A stretch of DNA of 64,000 nt, from the NCBI GenBank assembly GCA_937996685.1, contig CALKUP010000016.1, forward strand, positions 18,284 through 82,283, read 5' to 3'. Both the position numbers and the translations under genes were made by a program. The notes below the pieces were generated by a model. That model saw nothing but the letters and a program-made list of their open reading frames with translations. It was not told where the DNA came from and ran no database searches. The DNA comes from an uncultured bacterium (GTDB lineage: Bacteria > Patescibacteriota > Patescibacteriia > UBA9570 > XYC2-FULL-38-9). How positions within the stretch are numbered: the first letter of the stretch is position 1; every line of letters begins with the position of its first letter. Of the stretch, positions 58,832 through 64,000 are shown piece by piece.

Positions 58832-61800
58832 TTGATATATTGTATATATATGACATCTTTTGATAGATTTCCCCGCGAAAAAAAATCAGACCCAACTGAA
58901 AGAGTTCTTGATGCTTCTGAGCAATCATATTTGAATGCAACTGCTGATATTGCTGAACAGCGATATGCAGCAGATTATGGATTTTATCCAGAAAGTCACT
59001 CGGTTACGCATTATTTGCAAGACTTGCTCGATCGATCGATTCCTGAAGATGAGCGAGGTCATTATACAATAAAAGTAACGCAAGGGTGGGAAGAATTCAA
59101 TGCAGGTGCGTTGCCAAATGGTACGATTTTGATATCTGATAGAATGTTGACCTATTGTCAGTATGAAGAAGAGCTGCAGTTTGTGTTGCGGCATGAATAT
59201 ATGCATATTGCGCGACAGCATCATGCGCTTTCTTATCGGAAGCATAAAAGAGTTGATGGAGGTAGTGTCATTGATGCCTTGTATCAAGATATGGGTCAAA
59301 TGCGATTGCATGAGTATGAGGCAGATTTGCGTGCAGGAGTCGATGATAAAGATTTGCCATATAATCTATATGGGGGTATTCGTTTTTTGGAGCGTTTAGT
59401 AGAAACAGAGCGAGCAACAAAGCAAGCAAGTGGCATTGTGCACGGTGATACAATGGATCGATTATTAAACCTCCATTTTGTAACTCGCATGGTTGATAGC
59501 GCAGCGCTCAATCGTGACCTTACTAAAATTTCTCCTGAAATTATTGCAGAACTTGAATCGAAGCGCTCTTTGAAGTCCATTGTTTTTGAGCGGCCATTAG
59601 GGAAGGGTCATATAACTCCTGAGTCTATTGCAGAAACAGCAAAAGCAGCACTGCGGGTTGCGACACCTGACCAGCTGCAAATTATTATCCCTGAATTATA
59701 TAACTATATTTCAGAGCTTGAGGTTGGTGCTCGTAGTGGACGTAGTTCTACCTCAAGGACATATGATTTAGATGTGCGCACTGAATTGCTGCAGGTTGCA
59801 ATAGAGCGCATGGCAACTGTTTTGCAAGAAGAATTAAAAACCGTGCCAGCTGCAAATCGTCCAGCATTGCGAGGTTTGTATGCGGGGCTTGTGTACGGGA
59901 TCTCGCCTGATTCAGTAGAGGATACAAATATATTTAACGGCATGTTCGACTTCTTTGAAGATGTAGAAGATTTTTTACAATTACCGGCATTGCTCGACAG
60001 TATTGCAGAGAGGGGTGTGTATCCAAATCAAGCACCAGAAATACTACTCCGTTCAATTATACGAGAAGCAGGGGCTGCCTCTGTATTTGTTGATGAGGAC
60101 GATCTATTTAGTGAGCAAAAATTTACTGACTATTGCCGTGATGTTGTTGCTGCAGTTGATCGATTGTACCAATATAAGTCAGACTACAAAAAAACAACAC
60201 TGATCGCTGCCTTTATCGCAGAAGCTTTACTCGATCTTTCGTCGGATGAGCAAAGTGATTTTGTGGTAGTTGCTGCAAAAAATTTATCGATAAAAGTAGA
60301 GGATGTTATTTTATATGCAGAGAAGTATTTGCATATTTCTCTGAAGGTTTTGCCCAATGCAGATGTAAGTGTGCCTGAAACAGAGGAGTCTATTTTTTGG
60401 AATCGCATCTATGCTGTGTGTCGTGAAATCAAGTACATGGACTCAGCACCTTCTAAGGCTCCAGTAGTGCGTGCTTCTCTTGAAAAAACGAAATCTCGCC
60501 GAGAACTATTCAATGAATTAGAAGATATGTGTTCTCAATTGCCTTGGAATACAATGCAAGAGTGTGTGGATGGATTTTCCCGTCTTGTTGAGGGCGAATT
60601 GTCTGCTGAGCAAGAAGTATTTCTTGAGGTTGTTTCTACGTACCCATCTGTACTTCTTAGTCCAGAGCGTTTCACTGGTGTGTCTACTGCTAGAATGTTA
60701 AAGCATGTGCTAGAGCTGCAAAATAACCCATATATGAATCCTGGTGAAGGCGCAGTCTGCCTTGTCGATATTATGACAGGAGCGTATAACAACCGTCTTT
60801 TTGACCCAAGTTTATTAGAATGGGGCATTACAGAGCATGATCTTACCGTTGAGCAAGTACACGCTGCAATGTTTGCGGAAGATCCAGATTCAGCTATTGG
60901 TACGCATTACGATACGAGTGTATCTAGCTTTGACGCATTATACAGGAGTTATTTTTTTACCGTAGCGACGCACGAACTACGTCATTTATCACGCGCGGAA
61001 TTTTTTCAAAAATTACGTGAACGAGCTTCTATAAAACCGAAAGAAGGTAATATTTCTCAAGCATTGATTTTTGTGAACGAGGTGTTTGATGCATATTCAT
61101 TTTCATTAACAGACAAATCATCATTGGATGAATTATTAACGTTGAGCGTGTATGTCCCTGACTTTGAATTGTCAAATCGTTTACAGGAAGGTGTTATGGC
61201 GGCATTATTTCAATATTCAGATACAGCTGAATTAGAAGAAGTATTATTTCGAGATGAGCGAACTCGATATTTGCTTTTAGCAAATGCACGGCATCAATTT
61301 ATTGACGAACGATTAAATACACCAGCGGCTTTAGATCGTACGCTTGATATGGTGCGTCGTGATCGCCTGATTGAAGATCAAGTATTACAAGAGCGGGTGA
61401 GTGACGCGATTCTTGCAGAGGAATCCTTGAGTCGATTATTGCGTAATCCGAGAATGTTTATAGAAATTGGATTGAGCACACAGTCTTCAGATTACAATTT
61501 AAAAAAAGAATTACTTACCGCAAGTCTTTATGCATCTACTCATTCTGAAACAATTAATGACTCGTCCGATCTTGACCGGTTGCAGAATCTAGATTTAATC
61601 ATACGTCGTTTATATGAAATGGATAAATCGACAAAACATGCTGTTATTCGAAAGTTGTTTGTTGGCGAGCACGGCTTATTAAACGATTCAAAGGAGTTGC
61701 AAAAATTTATTACAACGATGTGCAGTGAGCACATCATTGAGCCTCGAGATGATTCTGAGGCCGCTTTGCTTTCAGGTGTAAAAGATGCTCTTATTGCTGT

Positions 61801-63205
61801 TGTCAAAAACGCTGATCCGTCAACGATATATTTTATGCTTGCCCCATTTTTATTTGAACATATGTTCAAAGTCCCGGCTCAACAAGCCGCATGGAGTGAT
61901 ATTATTGACGATGTTATTGGGTCGCATGATAGATATCATTTTGGTGATATTACCCCTGACCTGAAAAAAGAAATGGCGCTTGCTGTTAGTGGTAAGAAGA
62001 TTAATGGACAAGAGGCGGATTACTCAGAGATAGATGAAGGACGATTACGTTTAATGGCTTTTGTGGATGAATATGCGCCATTACCAGAAAAACAGCCAAC
62101 TCCTGAAAAATTAGGGATTATTGAATTTACTAAAACTATTATTGGGCAATTAGGGGCTCCGGGGGTCCGGTTGATGCAAGTTATTGGGCAATATGTGCAA
62201 ATGACTCCAGAATTAGAGCGAGCATTTTCTGATGTATACGACTCGGTTCCAGGTCAGACAAAGTTATCAGCATTTCACACAGTGAAACGTGAGTGGTCTT
62301 CGGTTGCGTCTGAGCTTGAAGAATGGGAGGCATCTGTTGGTGGAGGTTCGCTTGCGACTGTGTGGAAAGCAAAGACAAGTAATGGTGCAGAAGCATTGAA
62401 AGTATTAAATCCAAATGTCGATTTTTTTGTTGATTCTATTTGCGATATTTTAGAAAAAGCATTTTCTTCAATGGAAGGGAAATATGGAAGAAAGGCAAAA
62501 CTTGCGGAACTTGCAATTCGTGATATTCGTGCATGGTTACACGCAGATATTCAGTACGATCATTTTCTAGAACGTGATGCTGTATTTTTTCGGGACCATA
62601 ATAATTTTTCAATTGATGATTCAGGGTATGTTATTCGTGTTCCAAAAACATACGGAGCAGAATCTCGTCACTATAAGCGCGAAGAATGGATTGAAGGAAA
62701 AAATTTAACAAAAACAGAAGAATTGCAAGCATCAAGGCACGATGTAAAAAAAATTATACGTTTGTTAATTGCAAGTACGTTTCATCAGATAACACTTGGG
62801 CAAGTGCATTCTGATATACATCCAGGAAATATCCGCATTACCCAAAATAATGAAGTTGCTTTATTAGATAGAAATTTTTATATTGAGTTAAATGCAGCAG
62901 AACAAGAGGTGATAGTAAGTATTATAGCAAGTGATGATGTGGCTCGTAAGCAAGTATTTATTGACTATCTATTAAGCCTTTCTGAAAATAACAGTGTTCA
63001 GCGTAGAACATTAACGGAGGCATTTGACCGTGTTGGAGGCAAGACGCCTGAAGCAGATCGAGTGGCTGAATATATTAGTATTGCGAAAGAACTTGAGGTC
63101 TACGTTCCATTAAAAGTAACAATTCTTGTGAAGAATTTTCTCGCATTGAATAAATTAGCAGTGAGTGGTGGTTTCCAGGGCATCAATGAAGCGCTATTTA
63201 CTTGA
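58832..63205 (+). CDS. giant (1457 aa) fusion protein: N-terminal M48-like HExxH metalloprotease motif + C-terminal UbiB/ABC1-like atypical kinase domain
   Basis: N-terminus: ...FVLRHEYMHIARQHH... with downstream ...LHEYEADLRAG (HExxH...E..AD as in M48/HtpX). C-terminus: ...ASVGGGSLATVWKAKTSNGAEALKVLNPNV... and ...HSDIHPGNIRI...LLDRNFY resemble ABC1/UbiB kinase motifs. Long helical middle region with no known domain. Alternative start M7 at 58850. Confidence 0.6.
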   Translation: MIYCIYMTSFDRFPREKKSDPTERVLDASEQSYLNATADIAEQRYAADYGFYPESHSVTHYLQDLLDRSIPEDERGHYTIKVTQGWEEFNAGALPNGTILISDRMLTYCQYEEELQFVLRHEYMHIARQHHALSYRKHKRVDGGSVIDALYQDMGQMRLHEYEADLRAGVDDKDLPYNLYGGIRFLERLVETERATKQASGIVHGDTMDRLLNLHFVTRMVDSAALNRDLTKISPEIIAELESKRSLKSIVFERPLGKGHITPESIAETAKAALRVATPDQLQIIIPELYNYISELEVGARSGRSSTSRTYDLDVRTELLQVAIERMATVLQEELKTVPAANRPALRGLYAGLVYGISPDSVEDTNIFNGMFDFFEDVEDFLQLPALLDSIAERGVYPNQAPEILLRSIIREAGAASVFVDEDDLFSEQKFTDYCRDVVAAVDRLYQYKSDYKKTTLIAAFIAEALLDLSSDEQSDFVVVAAKNLSIKVEDVILYAEKYLHISLKVLPNADVSVPETEESIFWNRIYAVCREIKYMDSAPSKAPVVRASLEKTKSRRELFNELEDMCSQLPWNTMQECVDGFSRLVEGELSAEQEVFLEVVSTYPSVLLSPERFTGVSTARMLKHVLELQNNPYMNPGEGAVCLVDIMTGAYNNRLFDPSLLEWGITEHDLTVEQVHAAMFAEDPDSAIGTHYDTSVSSFDALYRSYFFTVATHELRHLSRAEFFQKLRERASIKPKEGNISQALIFVNEVFDAYSFSLTDKSSLDELLTLSVYVPDFELSNRLQEGVMAALFQYSDTAELEEVLFRDERTRYLLLANARHQFIDERLNTPAALDRTLDMVRRDRLIEDQVLQERVSDAILAEESLSRLLRNPRMFIEIGLSTQSSDYNLKKELLTASLYASTHSETINDSSDLDRLQNLDLIIRRLYEMDKSTKHAVIRKLFVGEHGLLNDSKELQKFITTMCSEHIIEPRDDSEAALLSGVKDALIAVVKNADPSTIYFMLAPFLFEHMFKVPAQQAAWSDIIDDVIGSHDRYHFGDITPDLKKEMALAVSGKKINGQEADYSEIDEGRLRLMAFVDEYAPLPEKQPTPEKLGIIEFTKTIIGQLGAPGVRLMQVIGQYVQMTPELERAFSDVYDSVPGQTKLSAFHTVKREWSSVASELEEWEASVGGGSLATVWKAKTSNGAEALKVLNPNVDFFVDSICDILEKAFSSMEGKYGRKAKLAELAIRDIRAWLHADIQYDHFLERDAVFFRDHNNFSIDDSGYVIRVPKTYGAESRHYKREEWIEGKNLTKTEELQASRHDVKKIIRLLIASTFHQITLGQVHSDIHPGNIRITQNNEVALLDRNFYIELNAAEQEVIVSIIASDDVARKQVFIDYLLSLSENNSVQRRTLTEAFDRVGGKTPEADRVAEYISIAKELEVYVPLKVTILVKNFLALNKLAVSGGFQGINEALFT

Positions 63206-63225
63206 TTTTGTGGTATACTATTTTT

Positions 63226-64000
63226 ATGAATTGGCTTGTCGCAGTTATTATCGGACACTTATTAAACGCGCTTGGTTTTGTGCTCAACAAAGCCGCGCTC
63301 ACGGTGTCGATTAAAAACCCAAAAACGTTTACATTTTATATCGGTTTACTCGGAAGTGTCTCTGCATTCTTTTTATTTTTGGCGCCAGGAATGCCGCCGG
63401 CAGATATTTGGCCGCAGCTGATTTTGGGTGGTGGATTTTTCATGGTCGCGCTCTACAGTTTTTTGGTCGCGCTGTCTGGGTCTGATACATCGCGTGTTGC
63501 GCCGTTTATTGGCGCGCTGGTTCCAATTTTTACATTTATTTTTGAATATTTCTGGATTGGAAATACATTGTCTCGCGATTTATTGATCGCATTTGTTGTT
63601 CTTATTATTGGGACGATTATTGTCACAATTGATATTGATGCAGAAAAAAATCACTCGAAGAAAAATAAGGTCAACATTCAAGCGTGGGTGTACGGAACCA
63701 TCGCTGCGGCATCGTTTGGTGTCTCATTTGTTGCAAGTAAATTAGTGTATGATGCTGTCCCATTTTGGAATGGCTTTGCGTGGATGCGAATTGTTGCGTT
63801 TGTGACGGTTCTCGGATTTTTATTTGTTCCAGGAATTGCGAAAGATGTCTGGGGAGTGCGGAAGATTTTTACTTCAAAAGCCGGCGGCGTCTATCTGGGT
63901 TCACAAGCAGTGGGCGCAGTGTCATTTATCTTTATTAACTATGCGATTTCAAAAGCCTCGGTGTCACTGGTGAATGCGATGCAAGGAATTCAGTATGCAT
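63226..64000 (+). CDS. EamA/DMT-family transporter (5-prime part; continues beyond window)
   Basis: ATG at 63226 (MNWLVAVIIGHLLNALGFVLNKAALT...). Repeated 4-5 TM EamA-like units. Open to the window end, so absent from the ORF track. Confidence 0.6.
   Translation, partial: MNWLVAVIIGHLLNALGFVLNKAALTVSIKNPKTFTFYIGLLGSVSAFFLFLAPGMPPADIWPQLILGGGFFMVALYSFLVALSGSDTSRVAPFIGALVPIFTFIFEYFWIGNTLSRDLLIAFVVLIIGTIIVTIDIDAEKNHSKKNKVNIQAWVYGTIAAASFGVSFVASKLVYDAVPFWNGFAWMRIVAFVTVLGFLFVPGIAKDVWGVRKIFTSKAGGVYLGSQAVGAVSFIFINYAISKASVSLVNAMQGIQYA

Noticed and set aside
1-64000. Search for CRISPR arrays, rRNA, IS elements/transposases, integrases
   Set aside because: No regularly spaced short direct repeats, no rRNA-like segments, and no transposase/integrase-like ORFs were seen. 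The only notable repeat is the 133-bp pair at 27266/28296.

Overview
This reads as a compact, low-GC (~43-46% by eye) bacterial genome with tightly packed housekeeping genes and Patescibacteria/CPR-like hallmarks: a split transketolase, a DUF4012 + GT4 pair, and many membrane/DUF proteins. The lineage assignment is inference only.

Recognisable genes:
- rplT-rpmI-infC on the minus strand (infC with a probable AUU start), then a tmRNA (ssrA) and smpB; the tmRNA is not in the ORF track.
- A class II fructose-bisphosphate aldolase.
- A DsbA - DoxX - TrxB redox cluster, plus two further DsbA-like genes.
- An rpiB-rpe-tktN-tktC pentose-phosphate operon.
- lgt and tgt.
- A GT4 glycosyltransferase paired with a DUF4012 protein.
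- A murJ-lepA-ftsW-murG-murC-murB-(hypothetical)-secA run.
- A MutY-family glycosylase.
- A MacA/MacB/FtsX-type efflux trio.
- A D,D-carboxypeptidase and a TrmH methyltransferase.

Less ordinary content:
- A cobalamin riboswitch controlling two DUF4430 / transcobalamin-like putative B12-binding surface proteins.
- Several markedly GC-rich (~58-62% by eye) gene islands with no recognisable homology, including a paralogous pair and a gene pair bracketed by ~133-bp direct repeats that carry their own hairpin terminator.
- A cluster of three hairpins/inverted repeats next to one island.
- Two giant ORFs: a 1355-aa protein with an internal tandem duplication, and a 1457-aa fusion of an M48-like metalloprotease motif with a UbiB/ABC1-like atypical kinase domain.
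- A 38-aa hydrophobic small ORF with a strong SD and terminator.

No rRNA, tRNA or CRISPR array was seen. Coordinates are tied to the supplied ORF track; starts I re-called (in-frame ATG with an SD, or better N-terminal fit) are noted per feature.
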